Notes under the pieces: model-generated
The model's input: only the letters and a program-made list of their open reading frames with translations
Databases searched by the model: none
Told to the model about the DNA's origin: nothing
Origin: Squalus acanthias
Taxonomy: Eukaryota
Assembly (NCBI GenBank): GCA_030390025.1
Contig: CM059432.1
Span: forward strand, 21,516,001 to 21,580,000
Reading direction: 5' to 3'
DNA length: 64,000 nucleotides
Program-made: the position numbers and the translations under genes
Shown: positions 50,854 to 64,000 of the stretch, piece by piece
How the letters are laid out: each line of letters opens with the position of its first letter
Numbering within the stretch: position 1 is the stretch's first letter

Positions 50854-51597
50854 GGGGTAGAATTTCCGCTTTGAGCGCAATTGCTGATTCCGGCACAAAT
50901 TGCGCCCAAAATTGTGCCTGTTTTGAAAAGTGTTTCTCTTCCTCAAGTTTCCGCGCAAACTCATTTGCTTATCACCGAATGCAAAATCTGCCACGAACCA
51001 GCACAATAGGGCAGTGTTTTAAAATGTAATTAAAAAAAAAACTTTGCTTTCAAAAATTTTCCTTCATATATTTAAAAGCAGTAACTTGGTGAAGTTTGAT
51101 TAAAACAGCTGAAAATTAATTTTATCACATGCATTTTTAATCGCAGTGTCAATACACCACCTCTGAGTAACCCGATTTTAAATTACTGAATTCACTTAAA
51201 AAAAAATATATTAAACTATTTTCTAGTTAAATTGTGGGTACATTAGTCAGTTGCTTATTAAATTTAAACAAAAATCACATTTAAAAGCTTTAAAAACGTA
51301 CCATTTAGTGTCCTTGCGCCCAAAAGATCCAGCTTAATTTTTAAAGTCACCTGAAGGCCTGCAAACGAGCGCAATTAGCAGAAATGGTGATTAATTCACC
51401 CCGGGATTTTGGCCAATTTTGTGGGCTGGGCCTGCTTCTAGTGCGATGTTTTTAAAACTACCCCAAAAGATCGCGGAAACGCGAGTTGCGCTGAACGTAA
51501 ATTGCGCTTAAAATTCCGCGATCTTTTGTGCCGGTTACGCCGATTTTGGCCGAATTGCGCCGAAAAAACCAGCGCAATCGAGCGGAATCTCCAGGCC
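50854..51597. mobile_element. MITE-like element with 3-bp TSD
   Basis: TIRs GGGGTAGAATTTCCGCT / AGCGGAATCTCCAGGCC; TCT duplicated on both sides. Confidence 0.7.
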
Positions 51598-52657
51598 TCT
51601 GTCACTAAAAGTTTTCTGAAGGAAATCCTTTCTGGAAGATCATAATTGTTTAATCGAAAGTGTCAGAACTCAAGAGTGCAATTAATAAAAACAAATAACT
51701 AGCTAACTTATTTTTATTAATGACAAGACCTTGTAATATTTTTTGCCAACTAAATTCAACACGCATAAGGTTTGTTCTGATATTAAAGTTAACTACTGGG
51801 CAGATATGCAAATCGAGCTGATATTTGATGCTCAATTTTCTTCTTTTGTTAATACGTAGATGGCATACTCAACTAGTTTTTAATATTTCTTGACAGATTG
51901 ATTGTAATGCCATTTTTATCAGATTTATTCATCATTGTATAATTACAGAATCATGGTGGGGCAATTCTCAAGAGCCTCACATATACTCAATGGAGGGCTT
52001 TGCATATCAAAGAATTTTTTAAAATTTCTACATCTTTAACGCCTCAGGTAATATTTCAGTGCTGGGACTGGGAATTTAACCATGAACAGCTGTACAGTTT
52101 ACAAGGTACAGTGCAACAGAGAATAACAGATACACCGTGGAATGAGTTACAATGCAATGATTTCCGACAGAAATTTGGATGACGTAATCAAATATAACAA
52201 GCATAAAGTTTTATCAATTTGTGAGCATAAAACAAACCCTGAATTAGAACAATTGCATTATCTCACTCTCTGGTTAATTTTTACTTTAATAATATATGCT
52301 TGTTGTTCAGTAATTTAAGTAAAGGGCAAGGAGGGTTGGTAACCAGAATCCATGTCTGAAAGGGAGGTGGAAGCAGATTCAATAGCTTTTCAAAAGGAAT
52401 TGCAGAAATTCTTGAAAAGGAAAAATTTGCAGGGCTATGGGGAAAGAGCAGGGAAGTGGAATTAATTGGATAGCTCTTTCAAAGAGCCAGCACAGGAACG
52501 ATGAGTCCGAATGGCCTCCTTCGATGCTGTATAATTCTGTGATTCGTTGAAAGTCTTGGGTAAAGTAATTTTTGTTCAAAGCTGAGCATGGAGCCAGTGG
52601 TGTGAGTTCCCAGGCTTGTATGGCTCTGCATTGTTACCCGGTCTGGTCCAAAGTCAT

Positions 52658-52832
52658 AGGGGTAGATCTTGACTGTAAAACAGGTGATAGAGATTTGGCA
52701 GCCCAGTTATCATCTCTCCCCATTTTTATTTCTATTGAAGTCAATAGAAATAAAAATTGTGAGCGATGTAAAACAGGCTGCCGACTTGCTAACACCTGTG
52801 TTAGATTATCGCTCAAAGTCCAAATGTACCCC
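52658..52832. mobile_element. Short palindromic MITE
   Basis: GGGGTAGAT / ATGTACCCC ends; perfect 17-bp inverted repeat ATTTTTATTTCTATTGA-ag-TCAATAGAAATAAAAAT at the centre. Confidence 0.65.
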
Positions 52833-53696
52833 ATGGTCTTCATTACTTTCAACGGAGCTGGTTTGGTTCATTCTCCATTGGCAATGACTCCAGAACAGCA
52901 AAGCAGTAAGTGAGATTTGACTTGGCAGATCTCGATGTAAAATTTAGCATTATTAAGTAAACAATCTTTTTCCTCAGTTAAATCCCTATCGGGACCAGTG
53001 GTACTGATGCTGCTGGTGGCTGTTGAGGGAAAACACGGTTGGAAAAGAAAAGAAAGACTTGCATTTATATAGCGCCTTTCACGACCACTGGATGTCCCAC
53101 AACCTTCTGACTCAGAGGCGAGGGTGCTACCAACTGAGCAACAGCTGACACATTAGATTGAGGCAAATAACATAAATGCATTTAAGAGGAAGCTAGATAA
53201 GCACACGAGGGAGAAAGGAATAGAAGGTTATGGTGATAGGGTTAGATGAAGAGGGGTGGGTGGAAGCACATGTGGAGCATAAACACTGGCATGGACCAGT
53301 TGGCCTGTTTCTGTGTAAAAAGATATTGGTGTTACCTACACAAGTCATGCTGTGAGGAACCATGTAAAAGGAACTACTCAATCTATGCTCCATTATAGAG
53401 GATTATCCTCAAGTTGGCTGAGCGCCTGTATACTATTGATGGTGTGATATTATGTTGCTGCTCATGACATTTCTTCTGTAGACCAAGAACAGACTTAATT
53501 GATGGAGGTTTTGACATTTCAGGATTGTTTTGATCGTTTTTCTTCAAGGTAAAAGTTATTGGTATTCAGCCATGTTTAAATGTTATGATTTAAAACAAAT
53601 TGAATTATCACAGGTTTAAAAAGAAAGAGCACATGCTCCAGGCATTGAAGAATGTATATTAAAGCCAGACAGACCTGTTTGAGGTACGTCTGTTAG

Positions 53697-56620
53697 CGGT
53701 ATAAACGAGCGCTTCATGACTCTTCGGCTCACCCTAGCCCGGAACCAGTGCGCTACAGTCTTCAGTGCGTACACCCCAACACTGGAAGCCACAGATGAGA
53801 CCAAAGAGGAATTCTACTCCAGCCTCGAACAATCCCTGTCTCGAGTCCCAACGGGCGACAAGCTGATCCTCCTCGGCGACTTTAACGCCAAAGTTGGAAA
53901 GGACACAGACCTCTGGGGAGGTGTGATTGGCAGAGAGGGGGTAGGGAAAGCCAACTCCACCGGTACCCTCCTCCTATCGAAATGCTCAGAACATGGCCTT
54001 GTCATAACCAACACCTTGTTCCATCAGAGAGACAAGTACAAGGCTTCATGGCAGCACCCTCGCTCCAAGCACTTGCATCTGCTGGACTACGTCATCGTCC
54101 GAGCGAGGGACCGCAAGGACGTCCGCATCACCTGCGCCATGACAGGAGCTGACGACTGCTGGATAGACCATCGCCTAATCCGCTCTGTCATCTCCATCAA
54201 TGTAGCCCCAGAACAGCGGCGGCAACCGAAACAATGCTGCAGGAAAATCAACGCTGGAGCACTCAAAGACCCCGCTAAGAAAGCCCTATTCAGCCTGCAC
54301 CTCACAAACAACATGATGACACCCAGTGATGCAGAGACACAGAGTGTCCATAGCGCCCGGTCTGCACAAAAGGCCTCCATAATCAGCACCTGTGAAGAGA
54401 CGCTCGGTCACTCGACCAGGAAACACCAAGACTGGTTCGACGAGAACGACCAGGAGATCCAGAAGCTAATAAGCCGCAAGCGCAAGGCATTCCTGATCTG
54501 GAAACAGCAACACAACTCGAGAGCAAGAAAACAGCTCTACAGACGCCTGAAGGCCGAGTTCCAACAAAAAACTCGCGACCTAAAGAACAGATGGAGGGTG
54601 GAGAAAGCGCAGGAGATACAGCAGCTAGCTGACAACCATGGATTCTTTAGCGCAGTCAAGACCATCTACGGTCCAAGCACCCAAGGTCCTACCCCACTGT
54701 GGGCCAAGAACGGAGAGGTACTCATCAAGGACAGAGAGGCAGTCAGTGCCCGCTGGAAGGAGCACTTCGAAGATCTCCTTAACCGAGACTCTGTCTTCAA
54801 CACAAGTGTCCTCAACTCCATCCCGCAGCATACTACCCGCCACCACCTCAGCACAACCCCAGCCCGGCATGAGGAGGAATAGGCCATCTGACAACTGAAG
54901 AACAACAAGGCCTCAGGAGCAGATGGAATCCCTGCCGAGGCACTAAAGCATGGCGGAGAAGCACTACTGGCGCGAATTCATGAACTCATTTCTCTTATCT
55001 GGAAGGAGGAGAGCATGCCAGGGGATCTCAGAGATGCCGTAATTGTGACCATCTTCAAGAAAGGTGACAAGTCCGATTGCGGTAATTACAGAGGGGTTTC
55101 CCTGCTGTCTGCCACAGGGAAAGTCATCGCAAGAATCCTCCTCAATCGCCTTCTCCCAGTGGCCGAAGAGCTCCTCCCAGAGTCGCAATGCGGATTCCGC
55201 CCACTAAGGGGCACAATGGACATGATCTTCACCGCGTGTCAATTACAAGAGAAATGCAGGGAACATCACCAACTGCTGTACATGGCCTTCTTTGATCTTA
55301 CAAAGGCCTTCAACACTGTCAACCGTGAGCGATTATGGAGTGTCCTCCTCAAATTCGGCTGCCTACAAAAGTTTGTCACCATCCTCCGCCTGCTTCACGA
55401 CGACATGCAAGCCGTGATCCTGACCAACGGTTCGACCACAGACCCAATTCACGTACGGACCGGGGTCAAGCAAGGCTGTGTCATCGCACCAACGCTCTTC
55501 TCGATCTTCCTTGCTGCAATCTCCATCTCACCCTCAATAAGCTCCCCGCTGGAGTGGAGCTAATTTACAGAACAAACGGGAAACTGTTCAATCTCCATCG
55601 CCTCCAGTCCAGATCCAAGGTCATCCCATCCTCTGTCATCGAATTACAGTATGCAGACGACGCTTGTGTGTCATCGCTCACTCAGAGGTCGAACTCCAAA
55701 CCATCATCAACACCTTCACCGAAGTGTACGAGAGCATGGGCCTTACACTAAACATCCGTAAGACAAAGGTCCTCTACCAACCTGCCCCCACCACACAGTA
55801 CTGTCCCCCGATTATCAAAATCCATGACAAGGCCTTGGACAACGTGGACCACTTTCAATACCTTGGAAGTTTACTGTCAACAAGGGCAGATGTCGATGAC
55901 GAAGTCCAACACTGCCTTCAGTGTGCCAGTGCAGCCTTTGGTCGCCTGAGGAAGAGAGTGTTTGAAGACCAGGACCTCAAACCTGGCACTAAGCTCATGG
56001 TCTACAGAGCCCTCCTGTATGCCTCAGCGACATGGACCATGTACAGCAGGCACCTCAAAGCACTGGAGAGGTACCACCAACGATGCCTCCACAAGATCTT
56101 GCAAATCCATTGGCAGGATAGGCGCACCAACGTCAGTGTTCTTGCTCAGGCCAACATCCCCAGCATCAAAGCTTTGACCACGCTCGATCAGCTCCGATCG
56201 TCCGATACGAGACTCCCAAAACAAGCACTCTACTCTGAGCTCCGTCACGGCAAGAGAGCCCCAGGTGGGCAGAGGAAACGCTTCAAGAATACACTCAAAG
56301 CCTCCTTGAAAAAGTGCAACATCCCCACTGACACCTGGGAATCCCTGGCCCAAGACCGCACAAAGTGGAGGAGAAGTATCCGGGAAGGCGCTGAACACCT
56401 CGAGTCTCTTCGCCGGGAGCAAGCGGAAGCCAAGCGCAAACCGCGCAAGGAGTGCACGTCAACCCGAGAACCCCACCCACCCGCCCCTTCAACCACCGTC
56501 TGCCCCACCTGTAACAGAGACTGTAGGTCTCGCATTGGACTCATCAGTCACCTGAGAACTCATTTTTAATGTGGAAGCAAGTTATCCTCGGTTCCGAGGG
56601 ACTGCCTAAGAAGAAGAAGA
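53697..56620 (+). mobile_element. RTE-clade LINE, 5'-truncated and disrupted
   Basis: LILLGDFNAKVG; GVKQGCVIAPTLF; YADD; C-terminal CPTC..HLRTH; (AAG)n tail; closely similar to 34.0-36.9 kb. Confidence 0.95.
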
Positions 56621-57429
56621 CATCACAAATCACAATCCATTTCAAACTGATACAACGAGGATCTATTGTCTCATCTCAGGTTCATTAGAACGACCGGGGA
56701 TATTAACCTATTCATCTTGTCTCAGACTAGCAACAAATATTCCACACAGTCACACCCATTATAGTGAGAATGATTCTATTCAAGTGGGCAGATCCTCAGA
56801 GTGGCAGCGCACAAGGACTAAAGTCCAGTGTCAGTAGGCCACCTTACTTTTGGGACTCCGCTGAGTGGAGAAAGTAATGTGGAAAGTGTTGTGATGTCAA
56901 CCTTGTCCCATTATCATATAATTTCAATATGGCGTCCGTTGCTGGTGCAAGCAAGCTGCACCCCCTCCCAAGGAAGCCCCTGAATGTCTCAGTGCAACAT
57001 AACGATGGAGTTATCACAAATCTCTGCTAGGAAATAAATGTTTCTGGGCACAATCAGGTCTTATAGCTTCTATAGGACATCTAATTTGGATTTGATATCT
57101 CTTTATTCCTTCTTCTTCCCTCTTTGGCCAGTCTTTGGAGACTGTAATAAAGATTACTTTTATTCACACGCTCCTTCTTCTGAATCATGTTTCAGACCAC
57201 TTCATTTCAAACTATCATCTCACAGTATCCAGAATCCTTTTTCCAAAGATTTCCTATTTCACTTTTGAATTCTGGTGAATCCCAAATAGTTCATCTTCAG
57301 GGGTTTAGCATGGAGGTCATGAATTCATGGATGAGGGTTTCAGTGACAGGAGTAATGAGGTAGTCCCATGGGGACAGATGGGGCAGTGATGTCTTTAATA
57401 AAGGCTATGAGACACTATCCTTGGCTGGA

Positions 57430-58650
57430 GCTAGATGCTAAAATTTAAGGCTAGCTCAACTAAAGTGATAGTAGAAGTGCTACAATTGGCCACAGCACCC
57501 TGGGCTATGAATAAAAAAAAACAAAGGCTGGGTCCCTGTCGCTATACAATGACTCCTGCTGTAAAGCTGAAGTGAGACGAAGAAAGGATCTGGTTCAGCT
57601 GTGATGGTCCCACTGGTTGAACAGCCTACTGATACTCACCGCCAATGCTCCTCCATGGCAATTGGCCAGTTCGGTGAGGCACCTGTGCAATCATCCACTA
57701 ACCTTCAAGAGAGGTGACGAGAAAAAGTTGGTGAGGAAAAAAGTCTTCAGGCAAATAAAACATAAAGATCTGTTGTGTTGAATGTTGACCTTTGTTTGAC
57801 TTTTTGACTGGAAATGGCTGGATAACCCTTTTACTCCATCTTGCTGACAGGCAAATGATCAGCAAGTTATCTTTGACTAGCAGCTAATGACAGAGATCAA
57901 ATGCTGCAGATAGAAATTTAAGAGAGATGTCAAAGATTCAGAAGAATTTGAAAGTACAAACAGCAAATGTCTAGAGTGGCAATTGTCCTTGTCCTTCACT
58001 ACATAACAGGGCAAGCATTATACAATAGGTTGCAGGTGGTTTCTAAAGTCAATCATTGCAGAAATGCGCTTGCATTTGACAACGGCATTGATTTTTTTGT
58101 CCTCTGTGATTGAAGATGGGGTAAAGGCATTGGATTCACACAATTCCTTCTGTAAGTAAGGTTGGCATTGTTCATGATGCTAATTCTCTTCAATGGGCCA
58201 AGAACACTCACCCATTAAAAATGGGCCAGTGGCTTCACAGTAGTTAAGCCAGCCATGAAATAAGTGCTGCAAATAGGTAATGTAATAGATTATCGAATGA
58301 CATGCAGTCATTGCCATGTACAGTTTTTGCTTCATTTGTGATTCAAGGTGAAAAAGGTGCAATGATTAGTAAATTAATTCATTTATTGAGCAAGTACATC
58401 TGTAGTGATTTAAAACACATGATGGATGATTAACTCTTTAAATACTTGCTGAAGTAGCTGATCTCAGCCTGGGCAGCAGCTGAGGTGCCACAGTTAACCT
58501 CAGTCCCAGTGGGACAAGAAGTGGAAGAAAATCAGGCACAATTCCCACTCCTGATTGCGAATGGCTGACCTCTGCTGGAATGTTGGGTGAAGGCAGGATT
58601 GAGCTCAGCTGTGATGCCCCCTAGGGTGGAACAGTCTGATGACACTCAAA
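57430..58650 (+). mobile_element. Two diverged LF-SINE-like fragments (~57430-57740, ~58440-58650)
   Basis: ctacaattggccacagcaccctgggcta, tcagctgtgatg and agctgatctcagcc are shared with the related copies at 6.1 kb and 17.3 kb. Confidence 0.45.
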
Positions 58651-58734
58651 GCTGGATTTCCCTCTGGTTAATGGGTTAGCAGTGGAGTGGGGCTTCCACT
58701 CGCCAATAGGACTTCACTAATGTACTCAAGTTTC

Positions 58735-59010
58735 CTAAGAATGTGCAGGTTAGGTTGATTTGGCTATGATAAATTGACCCTTAGTGTTAGGAGGGGATTA
58801 AATATGTGGGGTTATGGGGATAGGATGGGATATGTTAGGGGGAATTAAATTCGTGGGGTTACGGGGGTAGGGTGGGATATGTGTACTGTGGGGATTAAAG
58901 CAGGGACAGGGTACTGGATTTGGATGATCAGCCATGATCGTATTGAATGGTGGAGCAGGCTCGACGGGCCGAATGGCCTACTCCTGCTCCTAGATTCTAT
59001 GTTTCTATGT
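58735..59010 (+). mobile_element. V-SINE/HE1-like fragment with CR1-type tail
   Basis: atgtgcaggttaggttgatttggctatgataaattgacccttagtgt core, followed by gggccgaatggcctactcctgctcct..ttctatgtttctatg. Confidence 0.55.
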
Positions 59011-59203
59011 TTAAGAAGGGCCCCATTAAGTTACGTGGGGCAGGTGAAACTGTTCGTAATTGGTTTACAATAACTGGGATGGAGAGAAATTGAGTTCCGC
59101 TGCAGTGTTTAAAATGTTGCGTTTGATTAAAGAACCAGACCTTCTCTTGTGCTTGGAGCAGCTGAAAAGAGCAATAATGACTGAGGAAAGAACTCATCAG
59201 GAG

Positions 59204-59352
59204 ATGAGTCAGCCTCAGGAAGCATCTCCAAGGTATTCCAATCCATCCATTGATGTGTTACTAGCAAAAGTAAAGGCCAGAATGGACAGATATTGGAGAC
59301 AGAGAACAGAAAGCTACACAATGATGCAACCATTATGGAAGGAGATTGCACC
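59204..59352 (+). pseudogene. Myb/SANT-like exon fragment
   Basis: MSQPQEASPRYSNPSIDVLLAKVKARMD..LWKEIA parallels PRFSDASVEALLKQVETRR..WREVA at 20.2 kb. Confidence 0.5.
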
Positions 59353-59939
59353 GATGCAACCACTACCACCTCAAGAACTACTACAGGCTTTGGAATTCCC
59401 TCACTAAACCTCTTTACCTCTCTCTCCTCCTTTAAGATGCTCCTTAAAACCTTTGACCAAGCCTCTGGTCACATGTCCTAATATCTCTTTATGTGGCTCA
59501 GTGTCATATTTTGTCTGATAATGCTTCTGTAAGAACATAAGAAATAGGAGCAGGAGTAGGCCATACGGCAGCTCGAGCCTGCCATTGGCCATGAATGTCC
59601 ACAAGGATTCTGCAGGAGTCCCACCATTACTCTGCCGAGAGTACAGCAGAACCCACCAAAAGAGACCGGATTTGGCTACATCTAGTTCCCAACAACTTTG
59701 GGAGTTCTCGAGCAGCTTTATAAGGGGTGCAATATTCACCAACCTATAGGTGGGGTAGCCAAGGGCCAGGACTCCCCACATGGGGAGCCCTCAATTCCCC
59801 AGCTCCGAAGGAACCCACCATAATACTGGAGACTGGTATGCCAAGAGAGATGAGGGGTATCAGCCTCCAGAAGGGTGTAGTAAGTCCTCCCTCCTCAGGA
59901 AGGCGGAGCAGGTGGGTCCAGGCCAGAGAGGTGTTATGG

Positions 59940-60276
59940 GGCCTAGATTGAGTGGATAAGAAGGACCTATTTCTCCTAGCAGAGAGGTCAATAACCGGGG
60001 GCATAGGTTTAAAATAATTTGTAGAGGGGAGTTGAGAACTTTTTTTACCCAGAGGGCGGTTGGGGGTCTGGAACTCACTGCCTGAAAGGGTGGAAGAGGC
60101 AGAGACCCTCATCACATTTAAAAAGTACTTGGATATGCACTTGAAGTTCTGTAACCTGCAAGGCTACAGACCAAGAGATGGAAAGTGGGATTAAGCTGGA
60201 TAGCTCTTTTTCGGCCGGCACAGACACGATGGGCTGAATGGCCTCCTTCTGTGCCATAAATTTCTATGATTCTATG
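59940..60276 (+). mobile_element. CR1 LINE 3' fragment
   Basis: FFTQRAV..WNSLPERVEEA-type sequence; ttctatgattctatg tail. Confidence 0.85.
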
Positions 60277-61086
60277 AAAAATTAAAACCTGAAGGAATGA
60301 AACTTGTAGTAGTTAATTTTCAGTGCTCGAGAGGTCAATTGGCAGTAACACATCATTTTGTTAAAAGGGACAAAAATTAACTTTCTGTGGCGCGTTTAGT
60401 TTGTATCTTCTGTGCAAATAAAGCAACTTCATGCCATTCAATGCATTTCAATGGTGAGGCAGACAGCGAGATGCCGTTTTCACGGAGCTGATGGTGAAGT
60501 GGTGCATCTCGGACATCATCCTTTGGATTTCCGCATTTAACCGCACACCTGCCCTTGCCTGACGTTGCTGTAGCATTTGCGCATAAATAACAACGAGTGC
60601 CATTAGCCTCTCCGCTATTTTGACAGCAAATTATGGCCCTTTTATAAAGATTGTACTCCAACATGAAACATTCTACAGCTGTTGCCTGGACAACCAGTGG
60701 TTTTACTATAAATTTTGAACTCCTCTCCCAAGGTGTTTTGTGGGTCAATCTGGGAAACAACAACAGTGTATATTTTTGTTGCGCTCCCCATGTAGAGAAA
60801 AGACATCTCAAAACTCTTTACAAATAAAGGAACAAAGAGTGAATGGTGAGCAGGAGAGAAAAGGGAAGTGTAAGGATTAGGGTGGGAGTGGGGAGGCATC
60901 GAAGGGACTGCCGAAGAGGAGAATTTTGAGGACATTTTTGAAAGCAAGGAGGGAGATGGCAAGGTGGAAAGATATGAGGAGGGGATTTCAGGGTTTCTAG
61001 AGTGGGTATCAATGATGGAGTGGAGAGAGTGGGAAACAAGGAGTAACCCAATTTCAGAGGAATAGATGGTAAGTATACAGAAAAGC

Positions 61087-61241
61087 AGAGGCTAAGTAAT
61101 TCCTCAAAGCTGGTCCCGCTCCGCCGGCATTATTTCATCGGAAGTGTGGCGGAGATGCCATTCCTTCGTGTAAACGGGGTTACCACGCATTTCCGGCAAA
61201 ATAATGCCAGCGGAGCAGGAGCAACTCCAAGGAATTTCCCA
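61087..61241. mobile_element. Short palindromic MITE-like element
   Basis: gctccgccggcattattt ... aaataatgccagcggagc inverted arms. Confidence 0.55.
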
Positions 61242-62378
61242 GTCATAGAAATATACAACACGGAAGCAGTCCATTTGGTGTTAGCATTTTACTCTCCATG
61301 CGAGCAAGAAGTCCCAATCACATTTACCTCCCATGTTCCCATATATCTTCAGCCCCTTTATCATCACCCACCTTTCCAATCCAATCTTGAAGGTTGACAT
61401 AGTTTCTGCCTCAAACACTAACTCAGGAAGTGAATTCCACAGCTTCACAACTCTCTGTGTAAAATGTTTCTTTTACTCTCTTTTCCAAATCTCTTACATT
61501 TAATCTTGTATTTAGAGCCTATCATTCTAGTACTGGAAACACTTCTTTCGACCATACCCTATCCTTTCCTAATTTTTAATTCTTCTATCATTTGGAGAAA
61601 TATTGAAGCAATGGAGGATTTTGAAAGAGAGAACAAGGATCCTGAAGTCAAATTGCTGGGGCACCAAGATGCAATGGAGCTCGGATAAGACAAGGTAATG
61701 GCAGTGCCAGAGTTTGCGCTGGTGAGGATATGTGTCATGACATTCTAAATGACTTGCAATTTGTGGAGAATGCAGGCCAGCTACTGGGGCATTCGAGAAG
61801 TCGAGGCATGGATTAGGGTTTCAGCAGCAGGAGAGGAAGTGTCAGAGATGGACAATGTTGTGAAACATTAGCGGAATTTTAACTACCTCCGCCTGGCGGA
61901 AACCGTGCGGCACTGGAGTTAAAATGCAACTGCTGCACTTACCATTCTTTTACCGCCCTGTGGCCATTTTAATGTTGCTGTTTTCTTGGGCAATTGAGCT
62001 GTCTGTTCAACTCAGGTGGGAACCTCATGAATTCAGATGTCTTATGGCATACATAGGACCCCAAAGCTATTTTAACAGCCTACTGTTCAGAGCATCCATT
62101 GCTGATGAACATCGACAAACGTGTGACATAACTTGAGCAAAGTTGCCCAAATATAGTGTACCTCAAGAAGCTGTTCTGGTTTGCATTGAATATAATGTAA
62201 CTACAATTAGTGTAAAACTTTATGAAGTCCCCAGAAGGTCCATCTGATTGTAGGAGAAATGCCAGAAGAATCATCTTTAATTTGTCCTCAAAATGGAGGC
62301 ATTAGTCAGAATGAATGCTACGAACATTAAGAAATCCTGCCATATCTGGACTTGTGTGCAACCCCTTTGCTACCAAAA

Positions 62379-63152
62379 ACCTGTCAACAAGGGCAGACGT
62401 CGATGACAAAGTCCAACACCGCCTTCAATGTGCCAGTGCAGCCTTCGGTCACCTGAGGAAGAGAGAGTTTGAAGACCAGGACCTCAAACCCAGCACCAAG
62501 CTCATGGTCTACAGAGCAGTAGTGATACCCGCCCTCCTGTATGCTTCAGAGACATGGACCATGTACAGCATGCACCTCAAAGCACTGGAGAGGTACCACC
62601 AACACTGCCTCCGCAAGATCCTGCAAATCCATTGGCAGGATAGGTGCACCAACGTCAGTGTTCTCGCTCAGGCCAACATCCCCAGCATCGAAGCTTTGAC
62701 CACGCTTGATCAGCTCCGATGGACGGGCCACATCGTCCACATGTCCGATACGAGACTCCCAAAACAAGCACCCTATTCGGAGCTCCGACATGGCAAGAGA
62801 GCCCTAGGTGGGCAGTGGAAACGCTTCAAGGACACCCTCAAAGCCTCCTTGAAAAAGTGCAACTTCCCCACCGACACTTGGGAATCCCTGGCCCAAGACC
62901 GCACAAAGTGGAGGAGAAGCATCCGGAAAGGCGCCGAACACCTCGAGTCTCTTCGCTGGGAGCAAGCGGAAGCCAAGCGCAAACAGCGGAGGGAGTGCAC
63001 GTCATCCCAAGCACCCCACCCACCCGCCCCTTCAACCACCGTCTGCCCCACCTGTGACAGAGACTGTAGGTCCCGCATTGGACTCATCAGTCACCTGAGA
63101 ACTCATTTTTAGTGTGGAAACAAGTCACCCTTGATTCCGAGGGACTGCCTAA
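62379..63152 (+). mobile_element. RTE-clade LINE 3' fragment
   Basis: Open frame LSTRADVDDKVQHRLQCASAAFG..CPTCDRDCRSRIGLISHLRTHF; same family as the two longer copies. Confidence 0.95.
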
Positions 63153-63477
63153 GAGAGACCAAAGACCTGAGATGCTATGGAGTAAATAAGCAACCTAGCA
63201 TGTCAAGGTGCTGGTGCTTCATTGATTTGGTGGCCATCAGAGGTACCAACATGGCTGTGTGAGCTGATTGAGATCGGAAGGGCTAAACTCTTCTAACACA
63301 CATGTCACTCAGATTGGTCAATAGAATTGAGAAGGTGTCCTTGGAAATTAAGGATATATAAGACAGTGTTTTTGAAAATAAAGTTTTCATTCTTCAGTCC
63401 TCAGTCCTTAATTCTTAGTTTAGTTCTTTTAGTAGTTTTTGTAGTAGTCTTTGCAGTAGAAGGTGTAGGAGTTCTTT

Positions 63478-64000
63478 GGACTAGAAATTTGGTGCATTAA
63501 AACCTCTTGTTAGTGCCCTTGGGGGCGCTAATGGGGTGCAAATGACTTTTCGCCTGGGCGTGGCGTCACTAAATTCAACGGGAGTTTAGCAGCGGCGGTA
63601 ACCGGTAGTGCCCCGCTCCGCTACGTAGGCGATGACAGCGACCGATTCAGGGGCTGGGAACGGAGCGGCAGGAGGCTCGCGGGGCGGTAAGTAAAGGGGA
63701 GGTGGCAGGCGGGGGGGATAAAAAACAATTGGCCGACTTACTTGTCCATTGCGCCTTTGAACGTGGGGTCTGACATGAATCTTGTCATTCATGTATGAAG
63801 TAATTCTGGGCGGCCTGCTGGTGGCGCTGTCCAGGGAGAGTATAAATACTCGGGCATGGACCCAGCTTGCTTAGGACATTCCTCAACAGGAACTAGTAAA
63901 GGACACAACTAGATCTCCATGTTGAAAAACAGTTGATTAAAGCTTTGTTTAACGCTCAGACCGAGTGCCTAGTAGTTTTCTTACGTCAAAGTCCATGCTG
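63478..64000. mobile_element. Left part of a Harbinger-like TIR element (runs to the window edge)
   Basis: Starts GGACTAGAAATT, resembling the TIR at 15889; CpG-rich subterminal region. Confidence 0.4.

Noticed and set aside
60377..60811. 144-aa minus-strand ORF
   Set aside because: No domain similarity recognised and no supporting splice signals.

Overview
Eukaryotic, repeat-dense genomic DNA. The repeat inventory suggests a cartilaginous fish, probably a shark (inference): CR1, L2, RTE and Penelope retroelements, Deu/LF/V-type SINEs, and Harbinger and hAT relics. I can identify no intact host protein-coding gene, so the window looks intronic or intergenic; nearly all long ORFs are retroelement pieces. 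Two weak candidate minus-strand exons lie at 1.1 and 4.6 kb. Main points: (1) Four solo LTRs can be delimited by TG..CA-type ends and target-site duplications. Two of them (26901-28517 and 31500-33727) are independent, oppositely oriented, diverged copies of one long LTR family. Both keep a GTAAGT splice donor exactly 80 nt after the TATA box and upstream of the poly(A) signal, a layout reminiscent of foamy-virus LTRs. (2) A minimal hammerhead ribozyme motif lies in the 3' end of the Penelope elements, intact at 44048-44084. (3) Several spliced Myb/SANT-like genes of PIF/Harbinger type survive as fossils; one contains a fold-back hairpin with ~95-bp arms. (4) A 4.3-kb hAT element is hidden under nested insertions. 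(5) A 29-bp minisatellite abuts a near full-length RTE. Family names come from motif recognition, not database searches. Boundaries without TSD support are approximate.
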